Shown: in pieces, positions 1 to 9,091 of the stretch
Position numbering within the stretch: position 1 is the stretch's first letter
Layout of the letters: each line of letters opens with the position of its first letter
NCBI GenBank assembly: GCA_048569615.1
Contig: JBLIRK010000024.1
Location: 1 to 46,949 of the forward strand
Direction of reading: 5' to 3'
DNA from: Thermoplasmatota archaeon
GTDB lineage: Archaea; Thermoplasmatota; Penumbrarchaeia; Penumbrarchaeales; Penumbrarchaeaceae
DNA: 46,949 bases
Translations under genes and position numbers: made by a program
The notes under the pieces: model-generated
Databases searched by the model: none
The model's input: only the letters and a program-made list of their open reading frames with translations
What the model was told of the DNA's origin: nothing

Positions 1-915
1 CCAGCAGGACCACACCGACACCGCACAGCACTGTGCCGATAAGCCTTCGACGCACGAGCACCGCTGCAACCGAAAAACCCGTGGCAACAGCCGCCGCAAG
101 GAGCAGCACGATCTCGACCATCATCACATCGTCGCCTTCGCTGTAATTGAGTCTGGTCTTCATCTTCATTAGATCCGCAGTGACCTTTTCGTCGTCATCC
201 AGATGGAAATCCCCCGAATAGGTATCATCCTCATCGAACTCGTACCTCCACTCCCCCTTGAAGTATATGGCATTGGTCAGCACCATTACAACGGACGGGT
301 CTATGGAGCCCTCCGGAAGAAGCTCGTCTATCCTTCCGTTGGTCTCATCGTCCGCCCAATCGTTGATCGTATCCCTGGAGCCCTCCGGGTCGTTCCAGTA
401 ATCAAGCTCCTCGACCTCTCCGTAATAATATCTTGTGATCATGTTGATGAACGCATCGTAGAACTGGTGGTCCTTGGAAGGCCAGATGGCGTTGGCGGTG
501 GAGAGATCGTAATCGGAGCTCTCGTTCCTTATCCCGTTCTGCACCGATGCGAAGGAGCCCCTTCTCTCGTCCTCGTCGTCCGGAAAATGGAGAACATCCT
601 TCATCTCGTCCGCTGTATCCCCGTCAGCTCCCTCATAGGTCATCGACAATGCGGTAAAGATAGAATACGGGGAAATGAACAGGTTGCCGTCCTCCTCGGC
701 CAACACCCTGAATATATCCAATCCGAACTCGTTGTTGGCTCCGATGATCTCATCGATCCCATCCTCGGAGGACCCGCTGGCGTCCAGATAGTCATAGGTC
801 CACTCTCCCAAGTGCGTCTCCTCCTCTTTATCCTCCTCTCCCTTTTCCGTACATCCTGCAAATAGGATAGCAACAAGTAGCAATACCATCAGAAATTCGG
901 ATGGGCCCTTCATCT
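1..915 (-). CDS. Serpin-family protein, partial (runs past the window start). N-terminal signal peptide with lipobox-like LFAGC, an acidic linker, then the serpin core.
   Basis: Reverse-strand translation from the ATG at 915-913 gives MKGPSEFLMVLLLVAILFAGC..., then ISPYSIFTALSMTYEGA and the hallmark serpin motif LTNAIYFKGEW followed by FHLDDDEKVTADLMKMKT. An AGGAGGG ribosome-binding site lies upstream. The ORF track misses it because no stop codon lies inside the window. Confidence 0.6.
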
Positions 916-982
916 TTTCTCCCTCCTGAGAATCAATGGACAGGTGTCCTATTTCAAAGGTTTGGTCCCATGCTAATAAACG

Positions 983-1030
983 AAGCCCGATCAAAAGCAT
1001 CGGGCTTCGACTTGTAGAAAAATTTTTTAC
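983..1030. terminator. Hairpin with a T-run between the methyltransferase gene and the serpin gene
   Basis: A perfect 10-bp inverted repeat gaagcccgat/atcgggcttc with a 7-nt loop is followed by aaaaatttttt. It lies downstream of the minus-strand gene that ends at 1108. Confidence 0.3.
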
Positions 1031-1107
1031 GGGTTCAGTATCAGGCAACCTATGTAATTTGTTGAAAGACTGGATGTTTTGAATTTCTTATGTGATAAAC
1101 AGACCAT

Positions 1108-1857
1108 TCAAGGCCTGCAGACGAGGATATGCTCGCCGGGGAACTCTATCCCGACCTCGTCTATCTCCTTCTCGTACCTACTGAGAACGTGGTTCGGAAT
1201 TCTCCAGTTCTTTATCATTGCCCTGGCCTTGTCCCCTGACATCCTGAGAGGGATCTTGACGTCGTGGACCTTGACCGAAGAGAAACCTGCTCCTTTGGAA
1301 GCGACGTACAGGAACTCGCTTCCGGGGGAGAACCAGTTGTCGTCCACGAGAGGGCTTGAGGAACAGCCGTCAAGCTTGATAAGCAGCCTCTCCGCCCTGG
1401 TCCTTGCATCGGGGGAGAGCCCGGAGTGTATGAACGTACCTTCATCGCTCATCGACCCTCTGGATGCTTTCAACGTTTTTCTTACCTGGGTCATGTTCAG
1501 GTCGCAGAACACGTCATGCCCGATTATCAGATCGATATCCTCGAACTCCCCCTTCATCTCCCAGACCGGGACCTCTTTCAAATTGACCTTGTCCCAGAAA
1601 CCGGCCTCCTTTATTCTTCTCAGAAGCATCTGCTTGTCCTTCACGTAGGGTCCGGGAAAATGGTCCATGATAATGTACTCGTCAACCCTGTCCATGATGT
1701 TGCTCATCAACGGGATGGTGAAGAAGCCCGATCCGGCCCCGAATTCTATCACCCTCTCAAGCGACGAGAGCGGAACATGCTCCATTATCTCCTTTACAAG
1801 CTTCGAATTGTAATCGAAAAGCTGTCTGTAGTACAAGTTGCTCAATCTACCCCTCAT
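1108..1857 (-). CDS. Class I SAM-dependent methyltransferase
   Basis: VIEFGAGSGFFTIPL is a glycine-rich SAM-binding motif I, followed by an acidic motif II. The ORF is 249 aa and starts at an ATG. Confidence 0.7.
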   Translation of the reverse strand: MRGRLSNLYYRQLFDYNSKLVKEIMEHVPLSSLERVIEFGAGSGFFTIPLMSNIMDRVDEYIIMDHFPGPYVKDKQMLLRRIKEAGFWDKVNLKEVPVWEMKGEFEDIDLIIGHDVFCDLNMTQVRKTLKASRGSMSDEGTFIHSGLSPDARTRAERLLIKLDGCSSSPLVDDNWFSPGSEFLYVASKGAGFSSVKVHDVKIPLRMSGDKARAMIKNWRIPNHVLSRYEKEIDEVGIEFPGEHILVCRP

Positions 1858-1944
1858 TTCCCATCGGCCCCTGCTGATGGGATGAACGGCTAATTGCCCG
1901 AAGGTTTATAAATTCAACCCATCCAGATCGCCAGGGGAGCTTTT

Positions 1945-3081
1945 TCACTTCCTGGGATAATCGAAGAAGATGCTCTCCAATTCGAAGGAATCCCTGAGGA
2001 TATCGCATATCTCCTGTATGTGCTCCCTGCTTTTGACGGGAAGGGCCATGTAGTAGAATGGCGGCCTGATCCAGACATCCTGCAGAGCGTTGTTAGCTGC
2101 CTGGGAGTAGTTCGATACCTTCTTCAGCAGAAAGAGCTCATCCATGTCCACCACGTCCCCCCGGAGGACCTCCCCGTAATCGATGTATTCCCCCTCATCC
2201 AGCTGCATGATGTAGTCCATGAGCTTCTGCTCGAAGTTCTCATGCTCCTCCTCCCATTTCCGGAAGAAGAGAACACCGAGATTGTCCTCTCCTTTCTTCT
2301 GCCGTGTCATTACGATGATCTCCTCCCCGCCTTCGATCACCTTTTCGCCCGTTTCGGAGAGCTCTAAAAGGATCGAGAGGTCCAAATTCTCGGATTCCCG
2401 GATATCGGCATCCGGCGGCGTCCTTTCCCTTATCATCTTGTCATGAAGCGCCCTCAGGGTGGGATTCAGGAGGACCTCCTTGGAGAAGTTTATGTCTCGT
2501 ATCTTATCCTTCAAGGCTTCATCGCTGAGCCCTTCTTTTGAAATGCCCCTGTCCGGATGATACCGGGAAGCAAGCTTTCGATATGCCTTGTGTATTTCCT
2601 TGGCGGAAGCGTTCCTGGGGAGCCCCAGGATCTCGTAGCAGTCGTCCCTCCTTCTCTCCAGTTCCTTCATGATATGCTTGAAATCCCTGGTTATGTCAAG
2701 CTCTATCCAGGAAGCGTCGATCTCCTCAACCTCGGGTTCCGGAAGCTCCTTTATCTCCACGTTATGTCCGAGGAGATGGTCCGATCCCTCCTGTTCGTAG
2801 GACGGAGCTTCCTCGACCTCTTCGGTCGTGGCTGGATGAAAGATCCTCTCCCTTGTCTCTACCTCGGGTATCTTTTCCGATTCGGGGGCAGGGTTGCTGA
2901 CCATGAATTCCGAGCCGATCTCCTGTTCCGGATTCCGGATGGGTTCGGTAGGCTCCTTGGCCTCCGATGGGGCCTCGTCCATCTCCTTCTTCCCGGAGCT
3001 GCCGAACAAGGACCTGATCCTGCCCAGAAACGGTTTCAATCCGAGGATCGTGGAAATGAGGATAGGACTGGATGATATCAA
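1945..3081 (-). CDS. J-domain (DnaJ-like) protein with an acidic N-terminal region and an unknown C-terminal domain
   Basis: The middle of the protein carries [32 protein letters not shown], the J-domain with its HPD motif. The annotated start at 3081 is a TTG; an in-frame ATG lies at 2982. Confidence 0.65.
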   Translation of the reverse strand: MISSSPILISTILGLKPFLGRIRSLFGSSGKKEMDEAPSEAKEPTEPIRNPEQEIGSEFMVSNPAPESEKIPEVETRERIFHPATTEEVEEAPSYEQEGSDHLLGHNVEIKELPEPEVEEIDASWIELDITRDFKHIMKELERRRDDCYEILGLPRNASAKEIHKAYRKLASRYHPDRGISKEGLSDEALKDKIRDINFSKEVLLNPTLRALHDKMIRERTPPDADIRESENLDLSILLELSETGEKVIEGGEEIIVMTRQKKGEDNLGVLFFRKWEEEHENFEQKLMDYIMQLDEGEYIDYGEVLRGDVVDMDELFLLKKVSNYSQAANNALQDVWIRPPFYYMALPVKSREHIQEICDILRDSFELESIFFDYPRK

Positions 3082-3187
3082 TCGTAATTTCCCCTATCTT
3101 GTCCGGCACCGATCCGCAAATGGACGGTTTGGAACTAAGAAACCATGGATTCCATTGGATAAAAAAGGTTTCTTCCCCGGACTGAGA

Positions 3188-4139
3188 TCACTTCCTGCGG
3201 CAGACATAGATATCCGCCTCAAGCATGGTGTCGTCCTTGTAGAAATGGTGGACGAAATAGAGGTTCCCCTCGGAATCGAGCGTCGGCTCCCCCGCGAACA
3301 TGGAAACGATGATCTCCGGCTCCTGCCAGGATCCGTTCACCTTCACGGACCTCCATATCGAAGGCGCCCCCGAATGCCTTCTGGTGAACCAGAGTTCGTC
3401 CCCTTCGGGGTTAAGATAAGGCCATCCCTCGTTCTCCTCCGAATTCACCACCTCGAGATTGACGGGCTCCGTCCAGTCATCGCCGTCCCTCGTCATCATC
3501 CATATGTCGAGCATTACCCTTCCCCCCCGCCCTCTCCGAATGGAAGTAGAGGTCGTCGCCCACGAAGTGGAGCTCTCCGACCTCCAGGTCAATAAGCCTG
3601 TCCCCCGCATACTTCCAGTTCTTCCACTGCCCGTCAACCTTCTCGGATGTGAACCATTTGAGACCGGTATATCCCTCCCTTGCGGAAGCGAAGTACATGG
3701 TATCGCCGACAATGGTATGCGCTCCGTCAAGCGACAATTTCCCGGGGTCCTGGAGCCACACCCTCTCCGGCTCCGTCCATATTCCACCCTCATTGCAGGA
3801 AACATAGATGCCTGTGACTTCGTCAAGCAGTTGTTTCTCGGGAGGTACCGAAACATCGGGTGTGAAGAAGAAATAGAATGTGTTGGCGTCGTCGAGAATG
3901 AAGGGAGAATCCTCGGCCCCGGCAGTGTTTATCGGGGAGCCCATGGGAACAGGCTCCTCGAACTCGTCGGAGTGAAGCACCGGAGGATGGACATCCGCCT
4001 CCGGGGTTATCTTTACAGCGTCGGCGGGGATCTTCTCCTCCCTCGTGACATCGGGATATTCCTTCTCCTCCTCCCGGAGGCAGCCGGGAGCCATCACCAT
4101 CAGGAACACCGTCAAAGAGAGGAAGAGCCTGCCCTTCAT
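3188..4139 (-). pseudogene. Frameshifted secreted lipoprotein with TolB/PD40-like beta-propeller repeats, split across ORFs 3477..4139 and 3188..3856
   Basis: ORF A has a signal peptide (MAPGC lipobox-like) and the repeats GGIWTEPERVWL and LYFHSER. The second half continues in the other frame as DIWMMTRDGDDWTEPVNL...NEGWPYL...ELWF. The two frames meet exactly at a C7/G7 homopolymer at 3522-3528. Confidence 0.55.
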
Positions 4140-6880
4140 TCCTCATCCTCCTGAAAATACTCCCTCTTCTTCCTGGCCGGAGACTTTTTCTCCTTTACGT
4201 CGGGCTCCTTCTCCCTGCTCAGCTCCTTTCCCTTCATCATACCGAACACGGTCAAAATGAAAAGCACCACAAGTCCCGAGATCCCGAAGAAGAGCATCAT
4301 CAATCCTCCGATCCAGGTAGGGACAGGGACGAACCAGTCTGAAAATATCGGAGGGACGATGATGAAGGAGAAGTTCCAGAACCAGAAGAGGACCGCCGCC
4401 AGGAACACGATGAAGATGGATAGCGGCCTGTTCATCTTCCAGACCTTGTTCCCGTCCATGGGCCTGAATGGCATGGACCCGGCAAGGAACATCATGGAGA
4501 GCACGGATAGACCGAGCCCTCCGAACCCCAGCAGCACATCCGTGATTATATTGCCCTGAACGGCGTAGGCTATGAGATATATCAGACTGAAGGGGACGAA
4601 GAGCCCCATCATGGTCATCAGAACAAAGGTCCCGATGAATCCTTCCATCTTCCTGGTGACCATCACATCGCCTTTTGCGGTCGCCTTTCCCGGATAACCG
4701 AAGGGCATCAGGAATACGGAGGATATGATCAAAGTGATCAAACCCGCGGGCCAGAGCCTGAACTCCGACCATAGGCCAAGCATCTTTGCAGATGCCTCCT
4801 CTGCGACCTCGACAGCCAGTATGATTATCACTATGGAGAAGAGCACCAGGGGGATCACCAGAAGAAATGTGGGAAGGTAGAAATCAGGGAGAGTGAAGAT
4901 GTCTATCCCGAGGACCCCGATGGAATGATTGGGGACAAGGCGCTCCATCATCTCGACGTAGCCGAAGGCTATCATCATGAAGACGACCGCAACTCCTATG
5001 GCTATTATCTCACGCAGATTGATGAAGCCCCTCTCGGACCTCTTTCCTTCCTTTACCTTCTTCCCTGTCTTGTCTTTCAACTGCTCCTCGCTGTACTCCG
5101 TTGCGAAGCCGAAGAGGAAGTTCTTCCAAGAGCTCGTTGAGCTGGATGCGGTGGAGGAGGCCTGACCGACGGAGAGCGATGCCGTGGTCGTTATGGTCGA
5201 GACGGCAATTCCGGCCCCGATGCTTGCGGCGACTCCCACACCCAGCCCCAGGACGGCTCCGGCGATGGGAACGGAATTGGGATTGTCCACGAATATATAC
5301 CTGTCGCTGTAGAACAGCGCATCACCATCAGCATTCCTTCCCTCCACCCTCAGAACGTACCTGGAGGATGAAAGCTCATCTCCGCGCAGGTCCATCTGGA
5401 CCGTGAAATAATCCCCCCGGACTTCCTTGACCACCCTTCCGGTGGTGGGATCTATGACCTGCATGACCATGTGGTCAATATCGACACCGCTCCCGGAGCC
5501 CATGGGGTTGTATGCGGATATCATAACCTCATCATTCCTGCCTATCACATCCCCTTCCTCGTACATCTTCTCGCTGAACTCCTCACCTTCCTCCGGTGCG
5601 TAATAGATGTAGATTATGTCCTCGACCTTCTCGGCCCTCGGCTTATCCACATCATCGTCATCTCCTCCCATCCAAGGGACCACCATATCGTCGGGATCGA
5701 AGAACCCGATGAGAGCATAGGTGGCTACCCAAACGGTGTCCGTGACCATGCTGTATTCCGCTTCCTGCCCGCCGTACTGGAAGAAGGGCAGGTAATAGGG
5801 ATCGTTCCCGATATCCCTGAGCTCCATCAATGGGATCTCGGATGTCCTTGACGGAGTATCTATCATTCCCGCACCGAAGTCCAGACTGGAGAATACCACC
5901 CTGTCATCCCCGTCGATCGGCACCATGTCCATCAGACCCCTGCCTTCGTAGTTGAAGTCCAAGAGATTGCCATATCCCATGTCTACCGTCTGGAAATAGG
6001 AGATGTTGACCGGGGTGGAAAGCGCCGGATCATCGATATCATAGACGAGGAGGTGAAGAGGCGTCGAGCCCGAACCGTCCATGATCTCGTCGAAACCGAT
6101 GTAGATCTCCCTTCTGCTCTCCAGAACGGCGATGGATGTTATCTCGGTCATGGTGATCCCCAGAGTTGTATCAAGGGAATCCGCGGTTCCCGTAAGCAAG
6201 ATCTCGTTTGGGGCCATTATTTGATCCGTCATGGTATCCAGGACCTGGATGACGTCGGTCGATCCCGTGGTCTGGGCAATATACAGAAGTCCGTTCACCG
6301 GTTCGTACTCAATATCTACGGGCTCCCCGACAATATCGCCTGCTGTCGCATCCAAAGTGGATAGCACGGCCTCACCGGTGGCGTCGAATATTATTATCTG
6401 GTCCTCCGTGGCAATGTAGATCTTGTCGGAATTCTCGGCATATTCAATTCTGTTGACAAGTGGCGTTGAACCCACCAGCAGAGGTACCGACCTGATGTCC
6501 TCCATGCTCCTATCATAAATATCGAGGACCAGTCCCGGGTTCATGGGATCGTAGTTCACGATGTACAGGGACTGATATATCGGAATGTAGAGGATGTCCA
6601 TGACGTAATCGTTGGAAAGGGGAGGAACACTGGCGGTGTTGAAATGTGTGATGGTCTCTAGCTCCAGGTCCAGCATGGAGAAGCCCTGGGTGTGGTACGA
6701 AACGAAGACCTTGTCCCCTTCATCGTTGATCTCCAATCCGCTGGGAAGGGCGCCGCCTACAAGAGGGTAGGTGGGATGATCGTAATCTATCAACTCCGGC
6801 TCCCCCTTGACCGAAAGCGCAAATAAAGGCATTACCAGCAGCGCCAGGAACCATGTGATCAGAACTGCATTCCGTCTCAT
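4136..6880 (-). CDS. Large membrane protein with a signal peptide, an extracellular beta-propeller-like domain and a C-terminal polytopic membrane domain
   Basis: The ORF is 914 aa. The N-terminus is hydrophobic (MRRNAVLITWFLALLVMPLFA). A repetitive D/G/Y-rich beta-rich region follows. The last roughly 330 aa contain at least 8 hydrophobic helices. The C-terminus is a lysine-rich tail. Confidence 0.75.
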   Translation of the reverse strand: MRRNAVLITWFLALLVMPLFALSVKGEPELIDYDHPTYPLVGGALPSGLEINDEGDKVFVSYHTQGFSMLDLELETITHFNTASVPPLSNDYVMDILYIPIYQSLYIVNYDPMNPGLVLDIYDRSMEDIRSVPLLVGSTPLVNRIEYAENSDKIYIATEDQIIIFDATGEAVLSTLDATAGDIVGEPVDIEYEPVNGLLYIAQTTGSTDVIQVLDTMTDQIMAPNEILLTGTADSLDTTLGITMTEITSIAVLESRREIYIGFDEIMDGSGSTPLHLLVYDIDDPALSTPVNISYFQTVDMGYGNLLDFNYEGRGLMDMVPIDGDDRVVFSSLDFGAGMIDTPSRTSEIPLMELRDIGNDPYYLPFFQYGGQEAEYSMVTDTVWVATYALIGFFDPDDMVVPWMGGDDDDVDKPRAEKVEDIIYIYYAPEEGEEFSEKMYEEGDVIGRNDEVMISAYNPMGSGSGVDIDHMVMQVIDPTTGRVVKEVRGDYFTVQMDLRGDELSSSRYVLRVEGRNADGDALFYSDRYIFVDNPNSVPIAGAVLGLGVGVAASIGAGIAVSTITTTASLSVGQASSTASSSTSSWKNFLFGFATEYSEEQLKDKTGKKVKEGKRSERGFINLREIIAIGVAVVFMMIAFGYVEMMERLVPNHSIGVLGIDIFTLPDFYLPTFLLVIPLVLFSIVIIILAVEVAEEASAKMLGLWSEFRLWPAGLITLIISSVFLMPFGYPGKATAKGDVMVTRKMEGFIGTFVLMTMMGLFVPFSLIYLIAYAVQGNIITDVLLGFGGLGLSVLSMMFLAGSMPFRPMDGNKVWKMNRPLSIFIVFLAAVLFWFWNFSFIIVPPIFSDWFVPVPTWIGGLMMLFFGISGLVVLFILTVFGMMKGKELSREKEPDVKEKKSPARKKREYFQEDEE

Positions 6881-6940
6881 AATTCAGATACCCCCGGAAA
6901 TCCCGAGATCCCCGGAATCATATTGCATGTCACTCTAAAA

Positions 6941-6996
6941 AAGGATTTTCTAAAAAACCAATTAAAAAGAAAAAAAGGGGCTGGCTACCAGCCCCC
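6941..6996 (-). terminator. Stem-loop plus poly-T downstream of the flotillin-like gene
   Basis: ggggctgg/ccagcccc forms a hairpin. On the minus strand it is followed by TTTTTTTCTTTTTAATTGGTTTTTTAG, immediately 3' of the stop at 7004. Confidence 0.5.
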
Positions 6997-7003
6997 GAGG
7001 AGC

Positions 7004-8992
7004 CTATGCCGCCTCGGCGGGACCGGGCTCCCCTTCCACGGCTTTCATGATCGCCTTCCTGATGGAAGCGGCCTGCTCCCCCATCTGCCTGGCTTCATTG
7101 ACATCCACTCCCATCTTCTCGGAGATCAGGAGGTAGATCAGGTTGTCAAAGGCTGATGAGAAAGTGCCGCCATTCCCGCCGGCGACGTACATCTTCGGGA
7201 CGACGTCCACGCCGGAGACCTCGACGGCCTGGGAGAACCTCTCAACAGCCTGCTGGAGGACCTGGTACCTCGGGCCGCCGTAGGCCCTTACCTGCTCCTC
7301 GACGGCTATGGCCCTGGCGATACCCACTTTGGCCTCTTTCTCCGCTTCGGCGTCGGCGAGGGCCCTTATCTTCTGGGCTTCCTGGAGAGCCTTCTCGAAA
7401 TCCGCTTTACCAGAGTTCTTCCAGATGTCGATGGAGATCTCAGATTCCGTAAGGGCCTCCTGCTGCTTCGCCTTGGCCTTGGCCTCGTTGAGCTCCCTCT
7501 CCTTGACGGCGGCCTCCTGCTGCCTTTGGTAGGTCTCGAGCTGCTCCCTCGCTATCTGCCTGTCCCTGAGCTGTACCAGGATGGTCTCGATCCTTCCGTC
7601 ATTCTCCGAGGAGGACGGAGTGCCTATCAGCACCTCCTCCAGCTCCAGATCGTAGTGAAGGAACTTGTCCCTCATGTCCCTGGAGGCTATGGACTGGATC
7701 TCATTCCTCTGCTGGATGAGCTCTATGAGGGTCTTGGTCTGGCCTATGTTCTTGAAATAGGCCGCAACCATGGGATCGAGGGTCTGATCGACGAGCTTCT
7801 TGACATCCCCGAACCTCTGGATGACCAGCGGCGCCTTTCTGTAGTCTATGTGGATGACCACCGAGAGCGGGAGCTCGGGCTCGAAGGCGTCCTTGGTTAT
7901 GAGGTCCACTGCGGACAGGTTCTCGTCGAGCTTGTGGTTCCCGGTCTGGTTCTTGATCCACTTCAGGACTATGTTGGTTGTCGGGACCATGATCACCTTC
8001 CCTGCATAGGTGTTGAAGGCGTACTTCCCGGGCATCAGGGCGTTCTTCCAGACACCCTTCTTCCCCTTCTCCACAAGCTCCCCGTGCTTGTAGTCATCCC
8101 CGGATTCATCCTTACCCTTGGAACCGTAGTATGAGACAACGACCCCAACGTAGCCTACCTGGACAACTGTCTTGGGAATGATCTCCACGGTGGCGAACAG
8201 CCTGTTTACGAAGTACGTTCCGTCAACGAGGACCTGATACTGCTTACCTCTCTGTCCCCCTACCGACAGGAACCTTTCAGGATCTTGGAAGTTGTTGTGG
8301 TTCAGCTTTGAACCCGGTTTGTTGTCGCCAACCTGGGGAGCGATGATCTCACCGGGATCCAGGGGAGGTCCGTCATGTGTCGTGACGATGCCGATTGTAT
8401 CGGACTTGCCCTTGATCACCACCGGTGTGAAGCCGTTCCTCTGATTGATCTGGTAGGCCATCTTCTGGAACATCACATCATCGTCCTTGTCGATGGGAAG
8501 ATGATAGATCTCGTCCTGGAGTATGACCACGAACTCGGCCAGGTTAATGGCGTATGTTCCTTCCCTCAGTATTCCCCTCTGGGGCCCCCTCTGTCCTCCG
8601 TTCTCGAGGAAGCCCCGGACGTCCTGGAAGTCCTTGGAGGACTCCACGCAGCGTCCGAGGGTCTGCTTGGGACGTAGAGGCTCCCCGTCCCTTGCGAAGA
8701 TATATCCGATCTGGCCCTGGGGCACCGTAACTAACGGCACCCTGTGGACCTTGTATTTGAGAGGCGACCTGAAGTGGATGCCTCCCCTCAATACCTCCGG
8801 CTGGAAGCCGGCCTCGCCATGGAGAGCTATGATCCTGTCGGTGAGGCTTCCCTTTCCCGACCACCTCATCTCGACCACGGCACAGTGGGTGTTCGGAATC
8901 AATCTGAAACCCATTATCCACACGAGCAGGGCCGAGAGTATCGGCACGATGATCAACAACAGCACCACAGCGAGCAGTATGCTACCCAACAT
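7004..8992 (-). CDS. SPFH/band-7 flotillin-like protein
   Basis: It has an N-terminal TM helix, an SPFH core and a long C-terminal E/A/K/Q-rich coiled coil (KAKAKQQEALTESE...AEAEKEAKVGIARAIAVEEQ) typical of flotillin and YqiK. A GGAGGTGAGG ribosome-binding site precedes the start. Confidence 0.8.
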   Translation of the reverse strand: MLGSILLAVVLLLIIVPILSALLVWIMGFRLIPNTHCAVVEMRWSGKGSLTDRIIALHGEAGFQPEVLRGGIHFRSPLKYKVHRVPLVTVPQGQIGYIFARDGEPLRPKQTLGRCVESSKDFQDVRGFLENGGQRGPQRGILREGTYAINLAEFVVILQDEIYHLPIDKDDDVMFQKMAYQINQRNGFTPVVIKGKSDTIGIVTTHDGPPLDPGEIIAPQVGDNKPGSKLNHNNFQDPERFLSVGGQRGKQYQVLVDGTYFVNRLFATVEIIPKTVVQVGYVGVVVSYYGSKGKDESGDDYKHGELVEKGKKGVWKNALMPGKYAFNTYAGKVIMVPTTNIVLKWIKNQTGNHKLDENLSAVDLITKDAFEPELPLSVVIHIDYRKAPLVIQRFGDVKKLVDQTLDPMVAAYFKNIGQTKTLIELIQQRNEIQSIASRDMRDKFLHYDLELEEVLIGTPSSSENDGRIETILVQLRDRQIAREQLETYQRQQEAAVKERELNEAKAKAKQQEALTESEISIDIWKNSGKADFEKALQEAQKIRALADAEAEKEAKVGIARAIAVEEQVRAYGGPRYQVLQQAVERFSQAVEVSGVDVVPKMYVAGGNGGTFSSAFDNLIYLLISEKMGVDVNEARQMGEQAASIRKAIMKAVEGEPGPAEAA

Positions 8993-9060
8993 CTATTTCC
9001 TCACCTCCGGAAGAAAATTCTTCCCGGAGATAATTGGGATGGAGATGTATTTAGTTAAAT

Positions 9061-9080
9061 TGAATGTTGGCCAACATTCA
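9061..9080. promoter_or_regulatory. Perfect 20-bp palindrome tgaatgttggccaacattca just upstream of a TATA-like element for the flotillin gene
   Basis: The palindrome is exact as read. It sits about 70-90 nt upstream of the flotillin ATG (8992, minus strand). It is adjacent to TTTAACTAAATA read on the minus strand. Confidence 0.35.
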
Positions 9081-9091
9081 TGGACATAAAT

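Noticed and set aside
203-865. 220-aa plus-strand ORF
   Set aside because: It is the antisense shadow of the minus-strand serpin gene. It has no start context and a low-complexity V/G/L-rich translation. The opposite strand carries clear serpin motifs.
1426-1893. 155-aa plus-strand ORF, and 1079..1648
   Set aside because: Both lie antisense to the SAM-methyltransferase gene, which has the recognisable motif.
4143-4772. 209-aa minus-strand ORF
   Set aside because: It is an alternate frame inside the C-terminal TM domain of the 914-aa gene. It is R/G/H-rich and typical of an out-of-frame GC-rich translation.
7526-8134. 202-aa plus-strand ORF; also 7156..7452, 8375..8677 and 8523..9089
   Set aside because: These are antisense or alternate-frame shadows within the flotillin gene. 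Their P/R/G-rich compositions are typical.
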